Shown piece by piece: positions 17,393 through 27,620 of a DNA stretch of 64,000 nucleotides (position 1 is its first letter; every line of letters begins with the position of its first letter). The notes beneath the pieces are model-generated. The model had not been told where the DNA came from. It saw only the letters and a list, made by a program, of their open reading frames with translations, and ran no database searches. Both the position numbers and the translations under genes were made by a program. The DNA comes from Acidimicrobiia bacterium UBA5794 (GTDB lineage: Bacteria; Actinomycetota; Acidimicrobiia; Spongiisociales; UBA5794), in assembly GCA_002418265.1 (NCBI GenBank), contig DIDS01000032.1:76396-140395 (forward strand). Reading direction: 5' to 3'.

Positions 17393-18977
17393 TGGCGCGG
17401 CGGTTCACACACTGAGTTTCGTTTTCGCGACCGAAAGCTCCGAACCGGTCTCAACCGGTGGCGTTGGCATGGGTGCGCTCGTCCTCACATTGGCAGTCAT
17501 CCTCCTGCTCAGTTGGATGGCTTATCTGTATGTCAACACTCGGAGAAAGCGGGCAGCAGCGAATGAGGCTGCGCCGCCCAACCTCGCTCAACCGATATCG
17601 GACGACGAGTTCGAGAACGTGAAGCTGACCCGTGTGCTTCGTGCAGCGCTGTTCGGATCCATCCTCCTTGCGATCGCCATGCCGTGGTATGCCCTCAATG
17701 AGCCTGACCGCCAAGCTGAGGCTGCCGAGATGATTGTTGATGCTGACATCGAGGCCGGGGCACATTGGTACAGCATCAACGGGTTCCAGTGTGTCAACTG
17801 CCATGGACCGTCTGCCGGGGGTGGTGCAGCACCGTTCACGGAGCCTCGTTCTGGTGTCGCCACCAGCTGGAAGGTTCCATCACTCAACGACATCTTTTTT
17901 CGATACACCGATGATGAGGTCAAGCATTGGATCGTCTTTGGACGTGACGGTACACCCATGCCGGCAAACGGTTTGGAGGGTGGCGGTGCCATGACCGTTC
18001 AGGAAGTCGATCAGGTCATGGCATACCTCAAGTCGATCCAGATCACTCAACAGGAAGCCTTCGCACAGGCAGAATCCGCCACCAGCCTCGCATTGGCGGC
18101 AATAGAGGGTGGTGCGACCGCTACCCGGGATCTGATCGCCGCCCAAGAGGCGAAGATCGCGTTGGTCAAAGATGCTGGACGCCAACTTGACATCATCGGT
18201 GGCTTCCCTGATGACATCAAGGATCTGTTCCAAGCTGATGGTTCATGCACTGTCGAATCGGCGGCACTCGTGACGGCTACGTGTGCCAATCCCGCTCCTG
18301 ACGCGGACAGGGATGGGCTGGCAGATGTCGTTGAGGGACCCCTGACGGCGATGGCAAACGCCACGCTTCAAGCCGTGGTGGGAGCCCCGGCGACTGCTCA
18401 GGCGATTTACTCGTTCACGTTTGACCCAACGAATGCCTTCACCAACGAAGATCCTGTTGCGAAGGCGCCTCTGCCCGACCTTGAAGCGGCGAAGGAATTC
18501 CTCAATGCCGTCGAAACAGAGGTGCTACTGCTCGGAGTCACGTTCGACCGTGAAGACGCATTTCTTGCCGATCTGGTTTCGGGACTCGACTTCCTGAACG
18601 CGGCCGCCGAGACCCAACTGTGGGACGTCGACTATGACGCGAAGGCAGTCGAGATGGACGTCACCTTGGAAGAAGCAAAGCAGGCAGCCGGGTTGTTCAA
18701 CGCCTACTGTGCCCGCTGCCACACCGGTGGATACTCTGCAGGTGCGGCATTCGAACAGGGAGCCGGGTCGGGAGCGTGGGGTCCTTCCCTTCTCGACAAC
18801 CGCGCAGTCACCCAGTTTCCCGAGATCCAAGATCACATCAATTTCATCATCGATGGATCTGAGGACGCGAAGAAGTACGGAATCAATGGGCTCGGATCCG
18901 GTCGTATGCCTGCGTTCGGTGAAATCCTGTCGGTGACACAGATTGAGCTCATCGCCAAGTACGAAAGGACATTGTGA
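17385..18977 (+). CDS. large membrane-anchored dihaem cytochrome c
   Basis: 530 aa. N-terminal TM. Two CXXCH sites (CVNCHG at ~aa 130, CARCHTGG at ~aa 445) separated by a ~300-aa insertion. GTG start overlaps the Rieske stop; the true start may be the downstream MGALV (17469). Confidence 0.7.
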   Translation: MFDGAAVHTLSFVFATESSEPVSTGGVGMGALVLTLAVILLLSWMAYLYVNTRRKRAAANEAAPPNLAQPISDDEFENVKLTRVLRAALFGSILLAIAMPWYALNEPDRQAEAAEMIVDADIEAGAHWYSINGFQCVNCHGPSAGGGAAPFTEPRSGVATSWKVPSLNDIFFRYTDDEVKHWIVFGRDGTPMPANGLEGGGAMTVQEVDQVMAYLKSIQITQQEAFAQAESATSLALAAIEGGATATRDLIAAQEAKIALVKDAGRQLDIIGGFPDDIKDLFQADGSCTVESAALVTATCANPAPDADRDGLADVVEGPLTAMANATLQAVVGAPATAQAIYSFTFDPTNAFTNEDPVAKAPLPDLEAAKEFLNAVETEVLLLGVTFDREDAFLADLVSGLDFLNAAAETQLWDVDYDAKAVEMDVTLEEAKQAAGLFNAYCARCHTGGYSAGAAFEQGAGSGAWGPSLLDNRAVTQFPEIQDHINFIIDGSEDAKKYGINGLGSGRMPAFGEILSVTQIELIAKYERTL

Positions 18978-19492
18978 TGCCGAACCCCAAGCGCGACTTC
19001 ATCGATGTCATTCGCAGGGACGAGTCAGGGCTTTCGAAGCTCGAAATGCTCGGTCTGATTGCCTTCATCCTGTCCCTGCTCGCCATGGTCCCGTTCATCA
19101 GAGACTTCACGATCAACCTCGTGGGAACGGTCTTCGATCAATTTGACGAAGAGACGGGGCAGCACAGCGACCTGTCCATTGCAGCACGCGGGATCGTGAT
19201 CGTGGCTGGCGCCGTCCTCGTTTTCATCGGCTCCGGTTGGCTGATTCTTTGGACCGACGTGGGAAAACGCCTTGCCTTCTTGCTCACCGGAGCCGCCACG
19301 TTTGGATGGCTGACCGTCAACGGAATTTTGTTCACCGTGTACGCACCGCGAGGTATCCGACCCGCGAACCTCGAGGGACTCAGTGCCCTCCAGATGCGTC
19401 TCCCGGCCATAGCGATGTCCCTTGGTGCTTTCGTTCTCTTCCTGATGTTCTCCGTAGCCCTCACCCGCTACGAGGCAGATGTGGAGGAATGA
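18974..19492 (+). CDS. small integral membrane protein, last gene of the b6c-type operon
   Basis: 172 aa, four predicted TM helices. Start overlaps the upstream stop (GTGATG). Confidence 0.55.
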   Translation: MMPNPKRDFIDVIRRDESGLSKLEMLGLIAFILSLLAMVPFIRDFTINLVGTVFDQFDEETGQHSDLSIAARGIVIVAGAVLVFIGSGWLILWTDVGKRLAFLLTGAATFGWLTVNGILFTVYAPRGIRPANLEGLSALQMRLPAIAMSLGAFVLFLMFSVALTRYEADVEE

Positions 19493-19524
19493 ATCGCCAA
19501 AGGCGATTCACTCCGGCTTTCAGC

Positions 19525-19559
19525 TGAATCGTCCGTGAGCCGATGGCTCACGGACGATT
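19525..19559. terminator. perfect 16-bp-stem hairpin between convergent operons (probable bidirectional terminator)
   Basis: GAATCGTCCGTGAGCC-gat-GGCTCACGGACGATTC, preceded by a second short palindrome GAATCGCC-aa-GGCGATTC at 19491..19508. It lies directly after the stop of the + strand operon and overlaps the last codons of rex. Confidence 0.5.
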
Positions 19560-20168
19560 CAAGTGATACGCCAAGATTCCGAGTTCGGTTGACAGGTCGA
19601 CCCTCCGCACGGAGACGTCCTCGTGGGTCTTCAGTGTTGTTGGTGCCAGGTTGAGGATGGATCTGACGCCAGCCTCGATGAGTCGGTCCGCGGCGCTCTG
19701 GGCAGCGGAAGGGGGAGTGGCGATGATTCCGATCTTGATCGCCTTGGCCTTGACGATCTGGGGGAGACGGTGCAGAGACTCGACGATGAGTCCATCCACC
19801 CGCGTGCCGATCTTGTCCTCGTCCACATCCACGATCGCTTCAATTTCGAAACCCCAGTTCTCGAAGCCACCATAATTCGCGAGCGCAGTTCCGAGATTCC
19901 CGGCACCAATGATCACAACGGGATGGTCGTTGAGCATTCCGAGTGCCTTGCGGATTTGGGCACGCAGCTCGCCGATGTCATAGCCGACTCCCCGGGTGCC
20001 ATGACTCCCGAGGTAGGACAGGTCTTTGCGAACCTGTGCCGCGTTGACACCAGCGACTTCAGCCAACTCCTCGGAGGAGCACCCTGACGCGGTCTCAGCC
20101 ATGTCGGACAAACAGCGGAGGTATCGCGGCAGCCTCGCAACGGTCGCTGATGGGATTCGTGTCGTCAT
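19548..20168 (-). CDS. rex: redox-sensing transcriptional repressor Rex
   Basis: 207 aa from MTTRIPSATVARLPRYLRCL, the winged-helix N-terminus typical of Rex. NAD(H)-binding Rossmann VVIIGAGNLG. The longer ORF to 20252 is probably not used. Confidence 0.8.
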   Translation of the reverse strand: MTTRIPSATVARLPRYLRCLSDMAETASGCSSEELAEVAGVNAAQVRKDLSYLGSHGTRGVGYDIGELRAQIRKALGMLNDHPVVIIGAGNLGTALANYGGFENWGFEIEAIVDVDEDKIGTRVDGLIVESLHRLPQIVKAKAIKIGIIATPPSAAQSAADRLIEAGVRSILNLAPTTLKTHEDVSVRRVDLSTELGILAYHLNRP

Positions 20169-20257
20169 CTGTTTGAGGTTAGGACGGCTTGTTGCTGACG
20201 CTGAATCCAGTTCCGATGATTTCTGGTCGAGCCGGAGCACCAGTATCCTCACACTTC

Positions 20258-20680
20258 ATGGAGTTCGCCGATTACCTACCCATCGCACTGATGTCAATCC
20301 TCGGTATTGGTTTTGCCGGAGTGTCGATATTTCTGTCGAAGAAACTGGCCCCTCACAACCCGACTCCAGAGAAGCTTGCTCCGTACGAATGTGGGATCGT
20401 TCCGCTACAGGATCCTGTCATCCGTTTCCCGGTCAAGTTCTATCTCGTGGCCATGCTGTTTGTGATCTTCGATGTGGAGATCGTCTTCCTGTTCCTGTGG
20501 GCGGTCCGGATGGATCAGTTCGGATGGGTCGGCATTGGGGCTGTCGTCCTGTTCATGTTGATGCTCATCGAAACGCTTGGGTACGTCTGGAAACGTGGTG
20601 CACTCGACTGGAACGTTGCCAGACGCGCAAGAAACCGTCGTGTCGTAGCACCTGTCGCCACGCTCGATGAGGCTGCGTGA
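20258..20680 (+). CDS. nuoA: NADH-quinone oxidoreductase subunit A
   Basis: 140 aa from [11 protein letters not shown]. Three TM helices with conserved PYECG and FDVE blocks. Confidence 0.85.
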   Translation: MEFADYLPIALMSILGIGFAGVSIFLSKKLAPHNPTPEKLAPYECGIVPLQDPVIRFPVKFYLVAMLFVIFDVEIVFLFLWAVRMDQFGWVGIGAVVLFMLMLIETLGYVWKRGALDWNVARRARNRRVVAPVATLDEAA

Positions 20681-21165
20681 TGGCCTCTCAATCAACCGCA
20701 CCGGGAATTCTCATGACCACCCTTGAGAAGGGTGTCAACTGGGCACGGACCCAGTCCATGTGGCCCGCGTCGTTCGGACTTGCGTGTTGCGCAATCGAGA
20801 TGATGGGGACCGGTGCGGCCCACAACGACCTGGCACGATTCGGAATGGAGATCTTCCGGGCCTCACCCCGCCAAGCAGATCTCATGATCGTGGCAGGCCG
20901 TGTATCGCAGAAGATGGCTCCCGTTCTCCGACAGGTGTATGACCAGATGGTTGAACCGAAGTGGGTCCTCTCCATGGGTGCGTGCGCCTCGACGGGAGGC
21001 ATGTTCAACAACTATGCGCTCGTACAGGGGGTCGATCAGGTCGTGCCTGTGGACATGTACGTCCCCGGATGCCCGCCGGGCCCCCAGTCCCTCATGCACG
21101 GGATCCTGACCCTCCAGCAAATGATCATGGACGGCAAGATTCAGAATTCCACAGGGGTGCTGTGA
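20677..21165 (+). CDS. nuoB: NADH-quinone oxidoreductase subunit B
   Basis: CCAIEMM, GxCASTGG and PGCPP motifs for the N2 cluster. Start overlaps nuoA stop. Confidence 0.9.
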   Translation: MMASQSTAPGILMTTLEKGVNWARTQSMWPASFGLACCAIEMMGTGAAHNDLARFGMEIFRASPRQADLMIVAGRVSQKMAPVLRQVYDQMVEPKWVLSMGACASTGGMFNNYALVQGVDQVVPVDMYVPGCPPGPQSLMHGILTLQQMIMDGKIQNSTGVL

Positions 21166-21166
21166 A

Positions 21167-21742
21167 ATGACCGATGCCACATCGACGCCCGCTGATGCCG
21201 CGGGAAACCAAGACGCTGGCACCGAGCAAGAACCGATGTCACCAACCATTGAGAATGCTCTGATCGCAACTGCGTTTGCCGAGGTGGTTGGTGTTGACGA
21301 CGTAACCGAACACAAGTACGCCTCATCCGACACCACATACCATTTTGCCCACGTCGACCCAAGGTCGTGGCTTGACGCCATCGCGGGCGCCAAGGATGCC
21401 GGGTTCGACTTCTTCATTGACCTGTATGCGGTGGATCACTTTTCCCAGGCTCCCCGTTTCGAGGTTGGGATCAATCTTGTGTCAATGGAGATGAACCAGC
21501 GACTCATCATTTCGACAAGAGTCCCCTATGACGAGCCAACGCTCCCATCAGCGACCGGTCTGTTCGTTGGTGCCAACTTCTATGAGCGTGAGGCGTATGA
21601 CCTTTTTGGGATCGGATTCGTCGGACACCCTGACCTCACACGCATTCTCCTCCCAGACGATTGGGAGGGACATCCGCTTCTCAAGGACTATGGAGCAACA
21701 CCGATCCCTGTCGAGTTCAAGGCCGGGAGCGCTGATCTATGA
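21167..21742 (+). CDS. nuoC: NADH-quinone oxidoreductase subunit C
   Basis: 191 aa. NuoC/30 kDa subunit blocks ([19 protein letters not shown]). Confidence 0.85.
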   Translation: MTDATSTPADAAGNQDAGTEQEPMSPTIENALIATAFAEVVGVDDVTEHKYASSDTTYHFAHVDPRSWLDAIAGAKDAGFDFFIDLYAVDHFSQAPRFEVGINLVSMEMNQRLIISTRVPYDEPTLPSATGLFVGANFYEREAYDLFGIGFVGHPDLTRILLPDDWEGHPLLKDYGATPIPVEFKAGSADL

Positions 21743-23181
21743 GCGACACCACCAACATCCCGGACAATGAGATGATCGACGCAGCCGCGGTCGCAACCGA
21801 TGACAGTGCCGGGACGCACGATCGGGAGTCGGGTGAAACCCGACGTCGTGACATCCATACGATCTGGGTCAGTGGGACGGAGGAGCGTTACCCCTTCGCC
21901 GCTGAAACCGGTGAGGGCGCCCAAGAAATGCTGCCAGCGGACGTCGACCCCACCGCCCGTCTCCAGGGTGGAATCGTGGTCGACGACGACTATGTGTCCC
22001 AAGGCGAGGATGACCCAAGCGAACGCCAGATCATCAACATGGGTCCCCAGCATCCCTCGACGCACGGCGTGCTCCGGCTTCAACTGGAGCTCGAGGGCGA
22101 AACCATCAAGCGCGTGAAACCGATCATTGGGTACCTCCATACCGGTATGGAAAAGACCGCCGAGACACTCAACTATGCCCAAGGCTCAACGAATGTCACC
22201 CGAATGGACTATCTCGCCCCGTTCAACAATGAGCTCACGTTCTCTCTGACGGTCGAGCAGCTCCTCGGTATCGACGTCCCCGAACGTGCCCAAGCCATCC
22301 GCGTTCTCATGACCGAGCTGGACCGGGTGGCGAGCCACCTCATTTGGGCCGCCACCCAGGGCATGGACATCGGGGCGGTCTCGATGATGATCTACGGCTG
22401 GCGCGAGCGTGAGATCTGTCTCGATTTCTTTGAGACGGTGACTGGGCTTCGGATGAATCACAATTACATCCGTCCCGGGGGTGTCGCAGCCGATCTTCCT
22501 GATGGCTGGGAGGACGGCGTGACCAACCTCATCGCAAAGGTTTCCGTCGGCGTGGACGAATATGAGGAACTGCTCAACGACACTTCGATCTTCCTCGACC
22601 GCACCTTGGGTGTCGGTGTGATCACCCCTGAAGAATGCAAGCAGTACGGCATCACGGGACCCATTGCACGCGCATCGGGTGTCAACTGGGATCTCCGCAA
22701 GTCGGCCCCTTACAGCGGTATCGACAAGTATGAGTTCCACGTACCGCTCGGCCGCTACGGAGATGTACACGACCGTTGGCTCGTTCGTATGGCCGAGATC
22801 CGCGAGTCGCTCAAGATCGTCAAACAGGTGATGGACACGATTCCCGAGGGCGACTACCGCCATGAGGATCGCAAGATCACACCACCACCGCGCAAACGCA
22901 TCGATGAGTCAATGGAGGCGCTCATTCATCACTTCAAGCTCTTCACCGAGGGGATACTTGTTCCACCGGGCACCGCATATCAATCCGTTGAGGGTCCCCG
23001 CGGTGAGCTTGGATGTCTGATGGTCTCCAAAGGCGGTGCACGGCCATGGAGGATGCACTGGCGGGCCCCGTCGTTTGCAGCCGTGCAGGCCCTGCCCGTC
23101 ATGCTGACAGACTCTCTTGTGGCAGACGTCATCGCCTCACTGGCCTCAAGCGATCCGGTACTGGGAGATGTGGATCGATGA
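21739..23181 (+). CDS. nuoD: NADH-quinone oxidoreductase subunit D (with ~100-aa N-terminal extension)
   Basis: 480 aa. [15 protein letters not shown] and the C-terminal [18 protein letters not shown] NuoD signature. Confidence 0.9.
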   Translation: MSDTTNIPDNEMIDAAAVATDDSAGTHDRESGETRRRDIHTIWVSGTEERYPFAAETGEGAQEMLPADVDPTARLQGGIVVDDDYVSQGEDDPSERQIINMGPQHPSTHGVLRLQLELEGETIKRVKPIIGYLHTGMEKTAETLNYAQGSTNVTRMDYLAPFNNELTFSLTVEQLLGIDVPERAQAIRVLMTELDRVASHLIWAATQGMDIGAVSMMIYGWREREICLDFFETVTGLRMNHNYIRPGGVAADLPDGWEDGVTNLIAKVSVGVDEYEELLNDTSIFLDRTLGVGVITPEECKQYGITGPIARASGVNWDLRKSAPYSGIDKYEFHVPLGRYGDVHDRWLVRMAEIRESLKIVKQVMDTIPEGDYRHEDRKITPPPRKRIDESMEALIHHFKLFTEGILVPPGTAYQSVEGPRGELGCLMVSKGGARPWRMHWRAPSFAAVQALPVMLTDSLVADVIASLASSDPVLGDVDR

Positions 23182-23807
23182 CCAGTCCCATTGCAAACTG
23201 GTCGCCGGAGAATCAAGAGCGAGCCAACAAGATCCTCGCCACCTATCCCGAGAAGCGTTCAGCAATCATGCCGCTGCTGTACCTTGCCAGCCTTGAGCAC
23301 AACCATGCATCCAATGAGGCGATGTGTCAGGTGGCCGAACTCATCGGCATCACACCCTCACAGGTGCGGTCAGTGTCGACGTTCTACACGATGTTCAAAC
23401 AAGAACCGGTCGGCAAATATCTTGTGTCGGTATGCACATCGATCTCCTGCCACCTCCTCGGTGGGAACGAGGTGTTTGATTCCGTTTCCGATGCTGCCGG
23501 TGTCGGGCACAACCAAACCACCGAAGATGGACAGATATCCGTTGAACACGTCGAGTGCATCGGTGCATGTGGTGGGGCGCCAGCCGTGCAGGTCAACTAC
23601 GAACTGATCGAAGGCGTCACTCCTGACAAGGCACGGGCTCTCGTTGAATGGCTCACCCAGACAACGCCAGCGGTTGTCCTCGCCGATGAGATGCAACAGC
23701 TCTTCGGAGGTCAACGATCCTTTGACTGGGGGCCCGCAGAACATGCCGGGGCCATTGCGCCCGTCCCTGCATTCGGTCCCTACGGATCGGCTGGGGGCGA
23801 CCAATGA
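23178..23807 (+). CDS. nuoE: NADH-quinone oxidoreductase subunit E
   Basis: 209 aa from the ATGA overlap. [2Fe-2S] ligands in CTSISCHLLGG ... CIGACGGAPA. Confidence 0.85.
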   Translation: MTSPIANWSPENQERANKILATYPEKRSAIMPLLYLASLEHNHASNEAMCQVAELIGITPSQVRSVSTFYTMFKQEPVGKYLVSVCTSISCHLLGGNEVFDSVSDAAGVGHNQTTEDGQISVEHVECIGACGGAPAVQVNYELIEGVTPDKARALVEWLTQTTPAVVLADEMQQLFGGQRSFDWGPAEHAGAIAPVPAFGPYGSAGGDQ

Positions 23808-25093
23808 CGACCCAGATCCTCACCGCACGGATGGAAGCTCACCCTTCCGACAGCCACACCATCGAGCGCTATCTCGATACGGGGGGATACGCGACGCTCA
23901 AGAAAACCGTGGCCTCGTCGAAGCGAGAAGACATCGTTGAGCAGGTCAAGGCATCGAACATCCGTGGCCGTGGCGGCGCTGGTTTTCCCATGGGTATGAA
24001 ATGGGGCTTCTTGGCTGCCAGCGACCCGAAATATCTCGTTGTCAATGCTGACGAATCAGAGCCGGGAACCTTCAAGGACCGTCAGCTTCTGGAACGCGAT
24101 CCACACCAGCTCATCGAGGGAATAGCGATTGCCAGCTTCGCACTCGGCGTCAACCGAGCATTTGTTTATATCCGTGGTGAGTATTCGAAACCAGCAAGGC
24201 GACTCCAGCGTGCCGTCGAGGAAGCCCATGAAGCGGGCTACCTGGGAGAGAACATTGCCGGGTCCGGATTCTCGCTCGATGTTACGGTTCACCTCGGCGC
24301 CGGCGCCTACATCTGTGGTGAAGAGACGGCCCTCCTCAACAGTATCGAGGGACGCCGAGGAGAACCGCGGCTCAAGCCACCCTTCCCAGCCGTTGAGGGT
24401 TTGTACGCGAGGCCGACGATCGTCAACAACGTCGAGTCGTTGAGCAATGTCCCATGGATCGTGGCCAACGGTGGCGAGGCATACGCAGCAATCGGACCGG
24501 AACGATCCGCAGGGACACGCATGTTCTCGCTGTCGGGCCATGTCAAGAAGCCGGGAAACTACGAGATCGTGATGGGTATGTCATGGCGCGATCTGATATA
24601 CGGAATCGGTGGGGGCATCAGGGATGACAATGAACTCAAGACCTGGATTCCCGGTGGTGCATCCTCCCCATGGCTGATCCCTGAACATCTCGACACGGCC
24701 ATCACGATCGATGGCGTTGTCGAGTTTGGGACCATGCTTGGTTCGGGCGCCGTTGTGGTGATGGACGAAACGACCGATGTCGTTGCAGCAGCTCACAGCA
24801 TCGTTCGCTTCTTCGCTCACGAATCGTGCGGACAATGCACCCCGTGTCGTGAGGGCACCAAATGGCTTCAGGACATCCTCGAACGGATCATGGCCGGGAA
24901 CGGGCGACCCGAGGACGTCGACCTCCTCCTCGACGTGTCGGACAACATCTCTCCAGGACTCGTGTGGCCGCCCGCAATGACGACCATCTGTCCCCTCGGT
25001 CCCTCGGCGACTGCACCGATCATCTCAATCACGAAGTATTTCCTCGATGAGGTCAATGCCGCCATCGAAGGAAGGCAGGCAGCCGTTGTCTGA
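23804..25093 (+). CDS. nuoF: NADH-quinone oxidoreductase subunit F
   Basis: 429 aa. FMN/NADH site GRGGAGFPMGMKW. N3 cluster ESCGQCTPCREGT. Confidence 0.9.
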   Translation: MTTQILTARMEAHPSDSHTIERYLDTGGYATLKKTVASSKREDIVEQVKASNIRGRGGAGFPMGMKWGFLAASDPKYLVVNADESEPGTFKDRQLLERDPHQLIEGIAIASFALGVNRAFVYIRGEYSKPARRLQRAVEEAHEAGYLGENIAGSGFSLDVTVHLGAGAYICGEETALLNSIEGRRGEPRLKPPFPAVEGLYARPTIVNNVESLSNVPWIVANGGEAYAAIGPERSAGTRMFSLSGHVKKPGNYEIVMGMSWRDLIYGIGGGIRDDNELKTWIPGGASSPWLIPEHLDTAITIDGVVEFGTMLGSGAVVVMDETTDVVAAAHSIVRFFAHESCGQCTPCREGTKWLQDILERIMAGNGRPEDVDLLLDVSDNISPGLVWPPAMTTICPLGPSATAPIISITKYFLDEVNAAIEGRQAAVV

Positions 25094-25112
25094 TACAAAG
25101 AACGCCCCAGAG

Positions 25113-27620
25113 ATGGTCAACATCACGATCAACGGGATCCAGCACGAAGCCGTAGCGGGGGAGCGTGTCATCATTGCTGCCGAAAAGGCGGGCGAGTACA
25201 TCCCTCGGTTTTGCCACCATCCCAAGCTTGACCCGGTCGGCAAGTGTCGCCAATGTCTTGTTGAGGTCGAAGGACCCCGCGGCAAACAGCTGCTGCCGAG
25301 TTGTGCCATCTACGTGACCGATGGCATGGTGATCGACACCCAGTCCGATGTGGTCAAGAAGGCACAAAAGGGTGTGCTTGAGTATTTGTTGATCAATCAT
25401 CCCCTTGACTGCCCTGTCTGTGACAAGGCAGGCGAATGTCCGCTTCAGGACCAGACGATGACCCACGGGCCTGGTGAAAGTCGGTTCGTGGAGGCAAAAC
25501 GAAAGTTCAAGAAGCCGATCCCTGTCTCCGACCTGGTCCTCCTCGACCGGGAACGCTGCATCCTTTGTGACCGATGCGTGCGGGTGGCCGACCAGATCGC
25601 CGGTGATCCGCTGATCACGTTCAACGAGCGCGGGAATCAGACACAGATCCTGACCTTTCCCAACGAGCCATTTGCTTCGTACTTTTCGGGAAACACCGTC
25701 CAGGTCTGCCCGGTTGGGGCCCTGACCTCGACCGACTACCGCTTCCGTGCCCGCCCATGGGACCTTGAGATCACCCCCACGGTCTCGCTTCGTGACACCG
25801 TTCACTCCAACGCCGAAATCAACACCAGCCGAGGCAGAGTGATCCGGGTCTACGGGGCAACCAACGACCACGTCAATGACGGCTGGCTGTCGGACAAGGA
25901 TCGTTTCTCGTTCGGGGCGATCAACTCGGACGAGAGGGTGACGACACCGCTGCGCAAGACAGGAACCGGTTTCGAGGAAATCACCTGGGCAGATGCAATC
26001 GATACGGTTTCGGCCAGACTCGGTGCGATGATCGGCACCGAGGTGGGGTCCATCGGAGGAGCCAACAACACCAACGAAGAGGCCTACGCCCTTTCGAAGT
26101 TCATGCGAACCGTCATTGGATCCCCCCACGTTGATGCCCAGCTCGGTGACGGGTTTGAACCCCAGCTTGCCGCCGCCGTGATTCCAAGGGCAAAGATCGA
26201 CGATATCGATGCTGCAACAACGATCCTTGTGTGGGGACCCGACCTGAAGGAACGACTCCCCGTCCTGTACCTCAGGGTTCGAAAGGCCGTGCGTAACGGC
26301 GCCAACCTCGTTGTCGTTGCTCCCACCCGTACCGGACTCGATGCGATCGCAACTCATGTCATTCGGTATCGGGCCGGGTCTGGTCAGGACGTGATTCGCA
26401 AGCTCGCCAACGCCGACAAGAGCATGACGGCGATTCTTGAAACCCTCGCCGAAGGGCCGGTTGTCACCCTCTTCGGACGAACGTCGATCGCAGAGGATCC
26501 CCGTCTTGCCGAATCGGTTGCTGCATACGGACGAACTCTTGACGGCGCCAAGCTGATGCCGCTCCTTCAGCGGGCGAATGTTTTCGGTGCACTCGACATG
26601 GGGCTGGCACCGAACCTTCTCCCTGGCCGAATTTCGACGACCGACACCGATGCCAGTTCCCACATTGAGGAAACCTGGGGGCCATTGCCCGATGCTTTGG
26701 GGCGCGACACCGCCGCAATGCTGTCTGGTGCCGTTTCCGGTGACATCAGGGCACTCATTCTGGTCGGTGCCGACCCAGTACGCGATTTTCCGGATCCCCA
26801 AGCAGCAGAAAAGGCACTCGAAGAAGCAGAGTTTGTGGTTGCGATCGACGCATTCGTCACCGATTCGAGTCGCCATGCCGACATCATCCTGCCTGCTGCG
26901 CTGTGGAGTGAGGTCGAAGGGACCGTGACGAATCTCGAAGGGAGGGTTCAGGTCGTCGGTGCGGCACTTCCCCCGAAGGGACAGGCTCGGTCGGTGATTG
27001 GGATGCTCAACGACATCGCCACTTCCATGGGTGCAGAGCTGACGTCGTTCGACGTGTCAGTGGTATCGAAAGAGATCGCAACGGTTGCTCCCGCGTACCA
27101 GGGGATCACTCGAGACGGGATTGTCTTCACATCGTCAGGTGCCGGTATCGTCGTTCCGTCCCAGGAGGCGGAGATCATCGTCGAGATGGCACCACGATAC
27201 GCAAGCATGGCACCGGACGCGGTTCCCACGGAGGCCTCGGGATCGGCCGTCATCGTGCCGGCACAAGGCACTCAGCCCCTCGGATACATTCCAACCGATC
27301 AGGCGGTTCCGATGGTCACCGACCGCTACACGTTGCACTATGCACCTGCCATGTACGACGACGGCGTCATCACCCGGCATGCCCCGTCGATCGCAGATCT
27401 GGTCAGAGACCCAACGGTGGGCCTCAACCCAAGGGATGCCTCGATTCTCGCAGTTGCGAACGGCTCGATCGTTGTCGTGGACGGCAGTGTTGAACTGCCG
27501 GTCCGTATCGACGAAGCCGTCCCGGAAGGTTCCGTTGTGTTGCCGTTCAACCATGCTGCCACCAAGGGACTTCAGGCAGTTCCTGCCGTAACCGTCGAGC
27601 CGATCCGGGATGAATCATGA
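25113..27620 (+). CDS. nuoG: NADH-quinone oxidoreductase subunit G
   Basis: 835 aa from MVNITINGIQ. N-terminal 2Fe ferredoxin CxxxxCRQC, HPLDCPVCDKAGEC, followed by a molybdopterin-like domain. Confidence 0.85.
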   Translation: MVNITINGIQHEAVAGERVIIAAEKAGEYIPRFCHHPKLDPVGKCRQCLVEVEGPRGKQLLPSCAIYVTDGMVIDTQSDVVKKAQKGVLEYLLINHPLDCPVCDKAGECPLQDQTMTHGPGESRFVEAKRKFKKPIPVSDLVLLDRERCILCDRCVRVADQIAGDPLITFNERGNQTQILTFPNEPFASYFSGNTVQVCPVGALTSTDYRFRARPWDLEITPTVSLRDTVHSNAEINTSRGRVIRVYGATNDHVNDGWLSDKDRFSFGAINSDERVTTPLRKTGTGFEEITWADAIDTVSARLGAMIGTEVGSIGGANNTNEEAYALSKFMRTVIGSPHVDAQLGDGFEPQLAAAVIPRAKIDDIDAATTILVWGPDLKERLPVLYLRVRKAVRNGANLVVVAPTRTGLDAIATHVIRYRAGSGQDVIRKLANADKSMTAILETLAEGPVVTLFGRTSIAEDPRLAESVAAYGRTLDGAKLMPLLQRANVFGALDMGLAPNLLPGRISTTDTDASSHIEETWGPLPDALGRDTAAMLSGAVSGDIRALILVGADPVRDFPDPQAAEKALEEAEFVVAIDAFVTDSSRHADIILPAALWSEVEGTVTNLEGRVQVVGAALPPKGQARSVIGMLNDIATSMGAELTSFDVSVVSKEIATVAPAYQGITRDGIVFTSSGAGIVVPSQEAEIIVEMAPRYASMAPDAVPTEASGSAVIVPAQGTQPLGYIPTDQAVPMVTDRYTLHYAPAMYDDGVITRHAPSIADLVRDPTVGLNPRDASILAVANGSIVVVDGSVELPVRIDEAVPEGSVVLPFNHAATKGLQAVPAVTVEPIRDES

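Noticed and set aside
20169-20257. Rex operator upstream of nuoA
   Set aside because: No TTGTGAA...TTCACAA-like palindrome found by eye. Only the presence of rex itself is reported.
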